Positions 10,206 to 20,120 of a stretch of 64,000 bases of DNA are shown piece after piece. The notes under the pieces are model-generated. The model was given only the letters and a program-made list of their open reading frames with translations, searched no databases and was not told the DNA's origin. The first letter of the stretch is position 1, and each line of letters opens with the position of its first letter. Position numbers and translations under genes: made by a program. Source of the DNA: a virus; IMG/VR virus record IMGVR_UViG_3300045911_000143, positions 14,355 through 78,354 of that record; one strand, given 5' to 3'.

Positions 10206-10287
10206 ATTTAATCCTTTTTATATTATAACAAATAATTTTTTCAAACATTATAAATAGAGTAGGGGATTATATTCAAGGAGAAATAAA

Positions 10288-10782
10288 ATGTTTAAGTATA
10301 TATTAGGTCTAATCATGATCTTAGTTGCTGGAAGTGTAAATGCTGGTCTACCGGTGTGTACGTCTGGTGCTTTTTTTGAACCTGAAAGAGCAGGTGAAGG
10401 AGTTTTATTGACTGTTTCTAATGAACTCATCACTGGAGGTCTTTTTACATATGACTACGTAAATGGATTTGTTACAAACACAGTACCAGTAAAAACTTGG
10501 TATAGTTTGGGTCCAGTGGTCAATGATGGTACCGTAAATACAGTGGTTTTACCAGTTTATGAAACCAAAGCTTTAGGACCAGCAAGCGGACCATTAGTTG
10601 TAGAGACTCGTGAAGTTGGTTTTGCTGAATTTACTTTTGTTGATACACAAACATTAAGATTTAGCTATAATATTGGTCAATTCTTATATCCAACTTGTGA
10701 TTTCGGTCCACTGCCATTCTGGTGCCAGAGACGAGATGTTATTCTTAAGAGAGCTTCTGCAGTTCTTCCACAGTGCTTGTGA
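10288..10782 (+). CDS. exported protein with signal peptide
   Basis: Hydrophobic N-terminus ending VNA; TATAAATA and AAGGAG upstream. Confidence 0.7.
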   Translation: MFKYILGLIMILVAGSVNAGLPVCTSGAFFEPERAGEGVLLTVSNELITGGLFTYDYVNGFVTNTVPVKTWYSLGPVVNDGTVNTVVLPVYETKALGPASGPLVVETREVGFAEFTFVDTQTLRFSYNIGQFLYPTCDFGPLPFWCQRRDVILKRASAVLPQCL

Positions 10783-10810
10783 TTGACATATCTGTTATTT
10801 TTGTGATATA

Positions 10811-10838
10811 AAAACCCCTCAACCCGAGGGGTTTTTTA
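10811..10838 (+). terminator. intrinsic terminator
   Basis: aaaacccctc-aaccc-gaggggtttttt hairpin plus U tract. Confidence 0.75.
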
Positions 10839-10841
10839 TTC

Positions 10842-11195
10842 ATGGCAGGAATTATAAAACTATTTGAATCTTCTAACTTTATACAAAAATATGTCGTAGA
10901 AAATACGATAAGAATTAACAACTATATCGGAACTCCATCATATGAAGTAAGCATCGATATAAATGATATTGAAGAAAAATGCATTTACAATATCATCCTA
11001 GATCATACTAGAATAAATGGTAAAATATATCTTACTTGTTACTTGCATATTGCTAATACTGTCATACTTCTTTATAATGACAATCCAAAGCATTGGGTTG
11101 ATCCTATCTTGAATGAAAAATTTAAAAATTTAGAATTTGTTATTCAACAATTCAACCGCTTTAACATCACTAAGAAAGGATTAAGCAATGTTTAA
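10842..11195 (+). CDS. hypothetical protein
   Basis: ORF track. Confidence 0.5.
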   Translation: MAGIIKLFESSNFIQKYVVENTIRINNYIGTPSYEVSIDINDIEEKCIYNIILDHTRINGKIYLTCYLHIANTVILLYNDNPKHWVDPILNEKFKNLEFVIQQFNRFNITKKGLSNV

Positions 11196-11640
11196 CAACT
11201 ATAGGATGTATTTTTTAGGAAATATGTATATCTCCCAAATACAACATGGTATACAGGCCGCACATGTAATTGCGGAAATGTTTACAAAATACAAAAATAC
11301 ATCTTCTATAGAATCGGAAATACTTGATGATTGGGCTAGAAAATATAAAACTATAATTGTATTAAATGGTGGTTATCAATCGGAATTGGAATCTGCCTTA
11401 ATTAAAATACAAAATTCTTCAGTACTCCGTAAGCTTCCTTATGCTTATTTTAGAGAGGAACAAACTGCCCTGAACGGAGCATTAACCTGTGTAGGTATTG
11501 TATTACCAGAGATATTCTATCAAGTTGATTCTGAAAAGATTAATGAGTTTCAATTTAATATGCACAAGATGTTTGGAACAGAAGAATCAGAAAAAATTAC
11601 AAATTTTGTAAAATTTATACAATCTAAGAGGTTAGCATGA
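11188..11640 (+). CDS. peptidyl-tRNA hydrolase 2-like protein
   Basis: IQAAH, W...KTIIVL, F.E...LNGALT.VG pattern. Confidence 0.55.
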   Translation: MFNNYRMYFLGNMYISQIQHGIQAAHVIAEMFTKYKNTSSIESEILDDWARKYKTIIVLNGGYQSELESALIKIQNSSVLRKLPYAYFREEQTALNGALTCVGIVLPEIFYQVDSEKINEFQFNMHKMFGTEESEKITNFVKFIQSKRLA

Positions 11641-12683
11641 GAATAGAAGAAGATGTAAAGTTAGATTTTAGTGATGTTTTAATTAGGCCAAAGAGAAGTT
11701 CACTTTCTTCAAGAAAAGATGTTTCATTGAATAGAACTTTTAAGATGAAACATAGACCTGATAAGTCTATTACCGGAGTTCCTATCATAGCCGCTAACAT
11801 GGATGGTGTTGGTACATTCGAGATGGCTGATGCTTTTATGAAGCACGAAGCATTTGTCGCAGTTACTAAACATTACTCATTATCAGATTTGACATCATTT
11901 TATAATCGTGATCTTGTTACCGTGGATAGGGTCTTCTATTCTGTCGGCTTGAATGATCTTGACTTACAGAAACTCGATCTATTCTTGAATGATAATAATT
12001 TACAGCCATATGTAAGAGATAATATAATGCTTTGTTTAGATGTTGCTAATGGTTATTCTCAAAAATTTATTGATTTTATTTTGAGAATACGTGAAAAATA
12101 TAATCCTCGTGCGATCATGGCTGGAAATGTTGTTACTGCTGAAATGACAGAAGAATTGATTCTTTCCGGTGCCGATATTGTAAAAATTGGTATTGGTCCC
12201 GGTTCAGCATGTACCACCAGAAGAGTTGCAGGTGTTGGTTACCCGCAATTATCGGCGATTATAGAATGCGCTGATGCGGCACATGGTTTGGGTGGGCTTG
12301 TATGTTCAGACGGTGGTTGTACGGTCCCCGGTGACTTCTCGAAGGCTTTTGGGGCTGGTGCAGACTTCATCATGGCTGGAGGAATATTTGCTGGTCACGA
12401 TCAAGGTGGCGGTGAAGTTATAGATGGTAAAGTTCAATTCTATGGTATGAGTTCTGACACTGCCATGAAAAAACATCATGGTGGAGTTGCTGAATATCGT
12501 GCTTCGGAAGGAAGAACTGTTTTTGTCCCCTATAAGGGTGATGTTAATAACACTCTTAGTGAAATTCTAGGAGGTGTTCGTAGTTGTATGACATACATCG
12601 GTGCTGCATCTTTAAAGGAGATTTCTAAGAGATGTACATTTGTAAGGGTTAATAGACAATTAAATACAATTTTTGATAAATGA
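11637..12683 (+). CDS. guaC: GMP reductase
   Basis: [53 protein letters not shown]. Confidence 0.95.
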   Translation: MRIEEDVKLDFSDVLIRPKRSSLSSRKDVSLNRTFKMKHRPDKSITGVPIIAANMDGVGTFEMADAFMKHEAFVAVTKHYSLSDLTSFYNRDLVTVDRVFYSVGLNDLDLQKLDLFLNDNNLQPYVRDNIMLCLDVANGYSQKFIDFILRIREKYNPRAIMAGNVVTAEMTEELILSGADIVKIGIGPGSACTTRRVAGVGYPQLSAIIECADAAHGLGGLVCSDGGCTVPGDFSKAFGAGADFIMAGGIFAGHDQGGGEVIDGKVQFYGMSSDTAMKKHHGGVAEYRASEGRTVFVPYKGDVNNTLSEILGGVRSCMTYIGAASLKEISKRCTFVRVNRQLNTIFDK

Positions 12684-12690
12684 GGATTAT

Positions 12691-13038
12691 ATGAATACAG
12701 AAAATATTTTTTGTTATAGATTATTGAATGGGCAAGATATTATTGGTAAATTTAATAGAGAGCAAGATGGTAAGATATACCTAGACAATGCGTTAGCGTA
12801 TGTTATTAGTGAAGGGAAGACCGATAATGGACAACCAGCTTTGTCCTTTGCTTTTGTCCCACTATCATTTGCATCTACTAGAAATCCAGAAGAAGTTAGA
12901 TATGGAATTTCTATTGAGTTAGAAAAGACTGCCATATGTTTTAAGTATGATTTAGCAAAAGATTATATTGAAGCTTATCTTCAACAAATTTCTATAGTTC
13001 AAAAAATCTCTAAACCCGGACTTATAATTCCCGGATAA
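12691..13038 (+). CDS. Sm-like fold hypothetical protein
   Basis: RLLNGQDIIG N-terminus and LIIP C-terminus typical of T4-like phage family; GAGGA RBS. Confidence 0.5.
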   Translation: MNTENIFCYRLLNGQDIIGKFNREQDGKIYLDNALAYVISEGKTDNGQPALSFAFVPLSFASTRNPEEVRYGISIELEKTAICFKYDLAKDYIEAYLQQISIVQKISKPGLIIPG

Positions 13039-13089
13039 TTTGACAACATGCAAAAATCAGGTAAGATAACTAGAACAACAGGAGAAAAT

Positions 13090-13368
13090 ATGTATTATTC
13101 AGTTTATTTCAAAGATGAAGAATCCGCATGGATGGGCCAAATAAATGATAATGGTGAAATCGATACCTTTATCCCTTTAGATATCAATAATGAATCTGTG
13201 GTTCCCTATACTTTATATTATAGTATCGTTGAAGAGAATGGTGACGATTTTACGATCACAAATATAGATTTTAAGCCAATTGATCCAGAGTTTATAGGAA
13301 ATGATGCTGAGATTTTTGAATTGGCTAATTCGATGCTAAATTATTTTAAATCTAAAAAATTGCACTGA
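13090..13368 (+). CDS. hypothetical acidic protein
   Basis: AGGAG RBS before ATG 13090. Confidence 0.55.
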   Translation: MYYSVYFKDEESAWMGQINDNGEIDTFIPLDINNESVVPYTLYYSIVEENGDDFTITNIDFKPIDPEFIGNDAEIFELANSMLNYFKSKKLH

Positions 13369-13633
13369 ATTCAAGTTTGTGTCTTTGCTGTTTAAAATCT
13401 GATATTAATAATTCAAGATCACCCCAGTTTTTTGGGTGTCTTGTGTAACATAAAAATGGCTGGTTTGTGTTTTCGTCATAATGAATCCAAAAGCCTACAG
13501 TACCAAAATATGACATGTTATTATAATCTGATTTACGCTTGTTTATTTTTGCTTTCAATATTAAAAAATCATATATCTCATCAAGCAATGGTTGAAGATT
13601 TTCACTTCTATTCTGAATTTTAATTTGACCCAT
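13352..13633 (-). CDS. hypothetical protein
   Basis: ORF track. Confidence 0.45.
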   Translation of the reverse strand: MGQIKIQNRSENLQPLLDEIYDFLILKAKINKRKSDYNNMSYFGTVGFWIHYDENTNQPFLCYTRHPKNWGDLELLISDFKQQRHKLEFSAIF

Positions 13634-13892
13634 ACATCACCTTCATTTTATGAGCATTTTTATTTAGCCATGCACTTAGGAGCATGAAATTATAATCTAA
13701 CATATACCGAATTACAAAATCTTTGATTTGCTCATAATAACAAAAGTTTTTATGCCTTTTAAACTTAAAAGTTAAAGGTATTCTCTTATCTGTATAATCA
13801 ATAAAAATATAATCGAAAATCTCCCCATCTTCTTCATTATTGAAACAATACCAGTAATTGATCTTAGATGTCTCTATATTTTTTTCGATCAT
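13620..13892 (-). CDS. hypothetical protein
   Basis: ORF track. Confidence 0.45.
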   Translation of the reverse strand: MIEKNIETSKINYWYCFNNEEDGEIFDYIFIDYTDKRIPLTFKFKRHKNFCYYEQIKDFVIRYMLDYNFMLLSAWLNKNAHKMKVMYGSN

Positions 13893-13932
13893 TTTAACTA
13901 TACATAAATAGTAATAATATTTATAATAAAAT

Positions 13933-14541
13933 ATGGAACTTTTTAAGAGAATTTTAATTGAGGAAGGCGAAAGGGCAGCAGACGCTCAAGTTAAACATGC
14001 CATTTCTGTTATTAACAAAATATATAATGAATGGAAAAAAACAAAGAGAAGAATTAACGCTGTTGATATTATAACAACATCGATCAATAAAATTTCTAAT
14101 ATATCTCCAGCACTATTACCTTTCATTCACGATGCTGCAAAATTGAAATTAGTAATAATTATAACTAGATGTATGGATTCACCACCTTGGGAAGATATAT
14201 CAAGACTAGAAAAAAGATATAAAAAACTATTCCCATTAATAAAATTACTACAGAACATAACTTCTACATCTGAAAGTGGCGGTAGTTTGAGAGAAGTTAT
14301 AATGACAAGACTTAGTGCCAATATTTGTTATAATGACAAGACTTGTAAAACTTTTGTTGGATATGAACCGATAATATCAAAAAATTATTTGAAGTATCTG
14401 TTAGGAACAAAACAGGTAGAGAAAGCATATAGAATGCAATCTCTACCATTACCCGATGATTTTGAAAGATTGATTGAAACTTTAAAAATAAATCACGAAA
14501 AGGCAAAATCAAAGTTCGAAAAACAAACTTCCGTTGAATAG
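13933..14541 (+). CDS. hypothetical late protein
   Basis: CATAAATA at 13903; N-terminal ILIEE. Confidence 0.6.
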   Translation: MELFKRILIEEGERAADAQVKHAISVINKIYNEWKKTKRRINAVDIITTSINKISNISPALLPFIHDAAKLKLVIIITRCMDSPPWEDISRLEKRYKKLFPLIKLLQNITSTSESGGSLREVIMTRLSANICYNDKTCKTFVGYEPIISKNYLKYLLGTKQVEKAYRMQSLPLPDDFERLIETLKINHEKAKSKFEKQTSVE

Positions 14542-15297
14542 TGGATTTTCACTACCATTGGAAGAATTTGAATAACCTCTTGGATTACAAATAATTCTCG
14601 TTTCACCAATAGTGTAGTCAAAACTGTCATGGGTGTGACCATGCAACCAGTAGTCAGGCCCATTCTCTTCAATCAGATAATCATATTCATTGCAGAATCC
14701 ATATGAAACATCGTCCGTTTTATAAATGTCTGCAATCGATTGCCAAGAAGGGCCATGATGCGTGACCACCACAGTTTTCAGTCCCTGTTTTTTATACTCC
14801 CTAAATGTTTTAAAAATATAATCCTTTGATTTTTTGTTTAATCCAACGGTATGAATAGCTCTGAGTTTATACTTATAAGGTTCAGAGTCTGTACCAATTC
14901 TTATGTTCCTATAATCATTCAAAGAATTTTCTACCTTCCAAGAAACTAAGGGGCAGTTATTTTTCAAATCAGTCCATAGTGTAGCTCCTATAAAGGCCAC
15001 TCCATTCTTTACGAATGACGAGTCATTCAAGTAATGGAAGTTTTTAAAGCCAAGGCTATTAAAAGTATTATGCACCTTATGGATGCAAGAGCCATAGAAC
15101 TCGTGGTTTCCTGCAACTAGAATAACATCTTCAAATCTAGAACAAGTTTCTTCCAAGAAAGGAATATAACTAGATGGTTTTTCGATCACACAGATATCAC
15201 CCGCCAACACAAGCGTGGAAGAGGAATCTTCTAAAGTTTGCGGGATATTAAAAATGCAAAACTCATTATGTAGATCACTAAGAAGTCTTATTTTCAT
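14509..15297 (-). CDS. metallophosphoesterase
   Basis: SDLH, AGD, GNHEFY, THH.P, HGHTH, CNPRGY. Confidence 0.9.
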   Translation of the reverse strand: MKIRLLSDLHNEFCIFNIPQTLEDSSSTLVLAGDICVIEKPSSYIPFLEETCSRFEDVILVAGNHEFYGSCIHKVHNTFNSLGFKNFHYLNDSSFVKNGVAFIGATLWTDLKNNCPLVSWKVENSLNDYRNIRIGTDSEPYKYKLRAIHTVGLNKKSKDYIFKTFREYKKQGLKTVVVTHHGPSWQSIADIYKTDDVSYGFCNEYDYLIEENGPDYWLHGHTHDSFDYTIGETRIICNPRGYSNSSNGSENPLFNGSLFFEL

Positions 15298-15343
15298 AAA
15301 CTTAAATAAATATTTACATACTGTTATCATACGAGGTATTTAA

Positions 15344-16063
15344 ATGGAAGTCAATAGAAAGTTTGGTAGAATAGAAGTTTTAGACAGCAGGGATTCACTA
15401 TATCCAGTTTCTACCATGTTACCACAGCAAAATTTTATCGAAGAAAAATATTGGTGGGCTGATGGATGGTGGGGTGACCAAAGAGATACATCGGAATGTG
15501 TTGCTTATTCTTGGATACATTGGTTAGAAGATGGCCCTGTTGTACAAGATGGAATTGAAAACCGTGCAAAACCTATCTTCAATCCAACTTCCTTTTATAA
15601 GGAAGCACAATTGAGAGATGGATTTCCCGGAAATAATTACAATGGTTCTTCTGTAAGAGCAGGTGCCAAAATTCTTAAAGAATTAGGTATTATAAAAGAA
15701 TATAGATGGGCTTTTAGTTTATCCGATGTGGTTGGATGTTTACTAAATTTAGGCCCCGTAGTGGTAGGCACGAAATGGTATGGCGACATGTATAAGCCAA
15801 ATAGCCGTGGGTTTGTTAAACTATCTGGGGCTGATATGGGCGGCCATGCATATTTACTGAATGGTGTGAACACCAAAGAGCAAGTGATTAGATTTAAAAA
15901 CTCTTGGGGTAGAAAATGGGGGGATGATGGCCACGGTTATATCAGTTTTAAAGATTTTGCTGAATTACTGACTAGAAATGGTGATGCATGTATTGCATTT
16001 GAAGTCAAATTAGATAAACTACCATTACTAGAGAATTTAAGCCCAGCAGTTGATCAAATGTAA
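15344..16063 (+). CDS. papain-like (C1) cysteine protease
   Basis: DQ....ECVAYS, GGHA, KNSWG..WG..G. Confidence 0.85.
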   Translation: MEVNRKFGRIEVLDSRDSLYPVSTMLPQQNFIEEKYWWADGWWGDQRDTSECVAYSWIHWLEDGPVVQDGIENRAKPIFNPTSFYKEAQLRDGFPGNNYNGSSVRAGAKILKELGIIKEYRWAFSLSDVVGCLLNLGPVVVGTKWYGDMYKPNSRGFVKLSGADMGGHAYLLNGVNTKEQVIRFKNSWGRKWGDDGHGYISFKDFAELLTRNGDACIAFEVKLDKLPLLENLSPAVDQM

Positions 16064-16133
16064 CAAAGATCAAAAGTTCTTTCGTATATTCTTCTAGTAA
16101 TTCATCCCAATATTAATTTTGAAATTTACATTT

Positions 16134-16577
16134 TTAAATTTTGCTTTTGAAGAGTCTAACATAATTTTCTATTGTTGTTGAATCTCCATTAAAGGTTTTC
16201 ATTGCTAACTTAATTAATTTAGACTCTTTTTCTAATTTATTTTGCTCTACAAATTCTTTTATTTGCTCTTTCAATGTTTTTACAGTTGGTGCAAAATCTT
16301 TCTTAATTTCTTTTTCTTTCAATAACTTACGATAATTTTCTGGGTTTTTCTTATATCGATCCCAATTCGTCGGCTTTTCTTCGGTTTTATACAGATCATT
16401 CTTGTCCACAATAAAACCAAAGAAACCTTCAGGACAATCTATCTCTATGGTGTTGGTGAAATCGTTTTTTGATAAAACTTCACCAATGTATTCTATTTTG
16501 CCCTTTTTGTCTTTATCGACAAACTTAACAAAGTCACCAATATTGACTTCTTCTAATTTATTAAACTTAGATTCCAT
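16134..16577 (-). CDS. hypothetical protein
   Basis: ORF from MESKFNK. Confidence 0.55.
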   Translation of the reverse strand: MESKFNKLEEVNIGDFVKFVDKDKKGKIEYIGEVLSKNDFTNTIEIDCPEGFFGFIVDKNDLYKTEEKPTNWDRYKKNPENYRKLLKEKEIKKDFAPTVKTLKEQIKEFVEQNKLEKESKLIKLAMKTFNGDSTTIENYVRLFKSKI

Positions 16578-16626
16578 GCGCCTATTTATGTGAAAAAAGC
16601 CGGATTGCACCGGCTTCCTATGGATT

Positions 16627-16713
16627 TGGTGCTGGCGGTGAGATTCGAACTCACGAAGGCTTTACGCCGCCTACTTACAAGGCAGGTCCAATTGGCCGCT
16701 ATGGGACACCAGC
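16627..16713 (-). tRNA. tRNA-Thr(UGU) with long variable arm
   Basis: Full cloverleaf GCTGGTG...CTTGTAA...TTCGAAT...CGCCAGC-ACCA, 87 nt. Confidence 0.75.
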
Positions 16714-16788
16714 ATTTTACATATTTAGTCTACTCAAAATTAATCTGAGTGTCAACCTCATCAATAAATAATAAAAAAAATAAAATTT

Positions 16789-17646
16789 ATGAAAATTGAT
16801 GACATTTTATATGAATCTGTAAGTTTCTTCGTTGACAGTAATACAGATGATAAAAGCGAGAACTACAAAGACTTATTATCGCTGGCAAACTTCATGTCGA
16901 ATCAGTTGTTTTATAACCATATAAAACCTGACACATTTTTTTATAAATTCTTACAAAGCAAAAAAGATGAAGATGGGCGTGTACGCTGGTGGCGAATGGA
17001 ACCAGACGGTGACGATCATTTTGAAAAAACCGGCACAATAAACCTGTATCTGCCAAATGGTTTCATAAACGATAAATGGTGGCCCACATTCAAGAAACAT
17101 CTATACGACATGATCCAAAGTTTAGATGAGCGAGTCACTGTTGGTAAAATAAAAATAGAAGGACACTGGAACAATCGTTCCAATTGGTCAGAAAAAAACT
17201 CTTGGGAAAATAGAAAAAGATTGCCTTATAACGAGGGAGAACCTGTTGCCAACATTGGAGTGATTAGAATTCCAATCTTAAAGAATGAAGTCACAGTAGA
17301 AGATAAACCAGAGATGACAATTGCAAATACAAATGTTGCTTCGCTATTGAGAATTTTGGGATTGGATTCTAACACTCTAATGGGTACTATTAGAAATAAA
17401 GACATTCCAAAGTTATTGCTTCGAATTAAAAACATTTCAGAAGACAGGCTGAAGCAAGAGCAAAGGCCAACGACAAGCTCTCAGGAGGCTAGGATAGGCG
17501 ATGTAGATGGTAGGCGAGGGATCATAAGAGGTCCAATGGTGATCGACATGGGACTCGATGTAGATCGAATCAGGGGGTATTTAAACCGTTTGCAAGAGAT
17601 ATTGATTTACGCTCATAAAAATGGAAAAGATGTCAGCTACAATTAA
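16789..17646 (+). CDS. hypothetical late protein (candidate internal head protein)
   Basis: AATAAATA at 16763; N-terminus MKIDDILYES. Confidence 0.65.
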   Translation: MKIDDILYESVSFFVDSNTDDKSENYKDLLSLANFMSNQLFYNHIKPDTFFYKFLQSKKDEDGRVRWWRMEPDGDDHFEKTGTINLYLPNGFINDKWWPTFKKHLYDMIQSLDERVTVGKIKIEGHWNNRSNWSEKNSWENRKRLPYNEGEPVANIGVIRIPILKNEVTVEDKPEMTIANTNVASLLRILGLDSNTLMGTIRNKDIPKLLLRIKNISEDRLKQEQRPTTSSQEARIGDVDGRRGIIRGPMVIDMGLDVDRIRGYLNRLQEILIYAHKNGKDVSYN

Positions 17647-17712
17647 ATGCTATATCTATTGATTCAACTTTCATTCATTGATAAAATATAAACTACCAAT
17701 AGGAAATAAATC

Positions 17713-18120
17713 ATGAAGTCCTTCAGAAACATGCGCCACAATGATTTTGTAATTTCAATCGCGGTTTTAATCGTATCAGCCATAATGCTCATTGGAACCC
17801 TATTTGTGAATGCAAAAATAAATGAATCATCACAACAAGTCTCACATCAAACCAACCCTGAACATGTCGCCAAATGTTCCCTGCTCTACATAATGACAGG
17901 AGATGAAGCAGCGTCCCTGACAATATTATCCTTGCATGATGGCAAAGAAGAAGCTATTAGACATCTAGAATTTGAAGTAGGATTAATAACGCAAATAGAA
18001 ACAAGACCCGATTTACTAAAAAGGGTAGTCAATTCTTATATCAAGTCTTGCAATATTATAGGTGAAAAATTACCCACGGTATTCATCGATCAAAAAAGAC
18101 ATAGTTATAAAAATCTTTAA
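17713..18120 (+). CDS. membrane-anchored hypothetical protein
   Basis: N-terminal TM helix; AGGA RBS. Confidence 0.6.
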   Translation: MKSFRNMRHNDFVISIAVLIVSAIMLIGTLFVNAKINESSQQVSHQTNPEHVAKCSLLYIMTGDEAASLTILSLHDGKEEAIRHLEFEVGLITQIETRPDLLKRVVNSYIKSCNIIGEKLPTVFIDQKRHSYKNL

Positions 18121-18721
18121 TCACCGCAAATCGTACCCATTAGCAAATTCGTGATTCACATCTCGATGCTTCATCTCATCATTCCTAACTGCAATCACCA
18201 CATCTCTCAAGGTTGCAGATGCATCAAGATTCCAATACTTAATGGCAATCAAAGGTGCAGGAGTATTAGGAATAGAACCAGAATCAATCTCTTTTAAAAA
18301 CTCCGTATAGCTATAAACTGCCTCTTCCTCAAAGTACCCAACAATTCTATGTGCAGTCTTAGGAGCAATAATGTATATAATAAGGTAAACATGCCAGAAT
18401 ATACCTTGAGCCAATAGTACCAATAACCTCTCAAACCACGTAGGCTTTGCAATCTCTATGAAAGTCATCAAGTGCATTCTTTCATTCTCAGCCTCATCCA
18501 ACAGAGTATGGATTATAGGACCATAGCCTGTTTTCATCTGTCTAAGACTCTTAAGATGAATCCACATACCAGCAACCATCCCCGGAACCGCTGCTACAGT
18601 TTCCAAAACAACTGCTCTATGACCATATCTCTTTTTAAAGAATGTATCAGCAAGGAAACGTAAAGATTTGGTAAAGAGTTTTGCAAACTTATCAGAAAGA
18701 GTAATAGGGGGTGTGTGTCAT
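18121..18721 (-). CDS. aox: alternative oxidase (ubiquinol oxidase) with +1 frameshift near codon 5
   Basis: [36 protein letters not shown] diiron motifs; upstream N-terminus is one base out of frame at G5 run 18707-18711. Confidence 0.85.
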
Positions 18722-18921
18722 ATGAATAAGAATTTTCAAGTCTATTTATGGGGTGTTACCAAAAATTTCCTAGGCCGAAAAAATTTTCTGGGAAAAATTT
18801 TTTGAGGTTTGAAATTTCAAAAATATTCGAAAAATGGCTGTGGAAATATCGGCAAACTTGTTTTTAAGATTCAGGAATGTGGTAATACCGTGATATAATA
18901 TTGTAAGAGGTTTAACAAAAT

Positions 18922-19010
18922 TTGTAAGGAATATTGTAAGGAATATTGTAAGGAATATTGTAAGGAATATTGTAAGGAATATTGTAAGGAATATTGTAAG
19001 GAATATTGTA
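18922..19010. repeat. perfect tandem repeat, 7 x TTGTAAGGAATA plus partial unit
   Basis: Read directly; flanked by near-direct repeats (ggtttaacaaaatttgtaa). Confidence 0.95.
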
Positions 19011-19188
19011 AAAAGGTTTTAACAAAATTTGTAATTTATATTGTTTTCGGTCGAGCAACCCCCATACCCTCTATTTTATCACGAAAAAAAAGTAAGTCAA
19101 TATTTTCCCAAACTTGTTTTTTGCTTTTACGATTGTACTACATAGTATCCCCTACAGTATAACATAGCGTTATACTGTAGATCAAGCC

Positions 19189-19365
19189 TTACTCATAGTC
19201 CAACTGAATGGTATTATCGGAGTCGCAATAATTAACTGAGGTTATCGCCGTCCATCCACCCAACGGGGGATAAGGATTTTCATCAGGATCATACACTTGA
19301 AAAACTTGAACTTCGGCGTCACTCGGCAACTTTTGCAATTTGGCAATTAATTCTGCCACCTTCAT
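19189..19365 (-). CDS. hypothetical protein
   Basis: GGGAG RBS before MKVAELIAKLQ. Confidence 0.6.
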   Translation of the reverse strand: MKVAELIAKLQKLPSDAEVQVFQVYDPDENPYPPLGGWTAITSVNYCDSDNTIQLDYE

Positions 19366-19588
19366 TTTATTCTCCCTTGATGATTGCTGGAACAAATTGA
19401 ACCAGCAATTTGATACTACACCAAACGAGGCCAATGATGCAAGCAGCCTGCGCAAACGGGAGAATGATTACGGAATACCAGAATGATTCAGTCATGCTAC
19501 TATCTCGTAATCATTCTCATCTTCATGATGGGAAACCCTTGACAATAGTATTGCATATTGGCATACCGTTGTCAAGGGTTATATTACA

Positions 19589-19789
19589 TTAACCGGTGGT
19601 CACTGCACTTCCACGGATAAGGCCACCGAAGCCAGCCTTTTCCATCGCTTCGTTCCACTGGTGCCCGGAGAGTCGCACCACGTGATCCATCTTACCATTG
19701 AGGCGAGGCGTGGTGACATTCGGAAGATTGACAAATATGGACTTGCGGCGACCTTCGACCATGAAGGAAATCAGCGTCAGTTTGTTCAT
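19589..19789 (-). CDS. hypothetical protein
   Basis: GGAG RBS before MNKLTL; own promoter. Confidence 0.55.
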   Translation of the reverse strand: MNKLTLISFMVEGRRKSIFVNLPNVTTPRLNGKMDHVVRLSGHQWNEAMEKAGFGGLIRGSAVTTG

Positions 19790-19816
19790 TGTCTTTCTCC
19801 GGTGAGTGGTGGCGAG

Positions 19817-19852
19817 TGACAACAGTATCGCATATTGGGATACTGTTGTCAA
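19817..19852 (-). promoter_or_regulatory. palindromic sigma70-type early promoter (related copies 19534-19580, 20080-20115)
   Basis: TTGACA-17-GATACT embedded in 13-bp inverted repeat TGACAACAGTATC/GATACTGTTGTCA. Confidence 0.7.
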
Positions 19853-19857
19853 GGTTC

Positions 19858-20055
19858 TTAGTAATAGTCCTCGGAGTAATAGTCCTCGCGGTAAGGCTTC
19901 CTGATGAAGAATCCCATACTGCGGGCACGGTAGATAATCATGCTGGCCACAACAATCGCCACGGTTGCCGACAGCCACAGCGGGGCAAAGTATGCCACAA
20001 CCCAAACAGTCAGCACGTCGAGGGACAGCAGAATGGCGGCGGTAAGGTTGCTCAT
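19858..20055 (-). CDS. small membrane protein
   Basis: GGGAG RBS, two hydrophobic segments. Confidence 0.55.
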   Translation of the reverse strand: MSNLTAAILLSLDVLTVWVVAYFAPLWLSATVAIVVASMIIYRARSMGFFIRKPYREDYYSEDYY

Positions 20056-20120
20056 GTTTTTCTCCCGTCGGTTGACCAGTGACAACAGTATCGCATGATG
20101 CGTTACTGTTGTCAAGGGTT

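Noticed and set aside
18121-18606. AOX starting at TTG 18606 as in the ORF track
   Set aside because: The conserved RYGHRAVV segment continues upstream in frame, so the real start is ATG 18721 with a one-base shift
18922-19010. Possible CRISPR array
   Set aside because: Units are contiguous 12-mers with no spacers, and no cas genes are in the window
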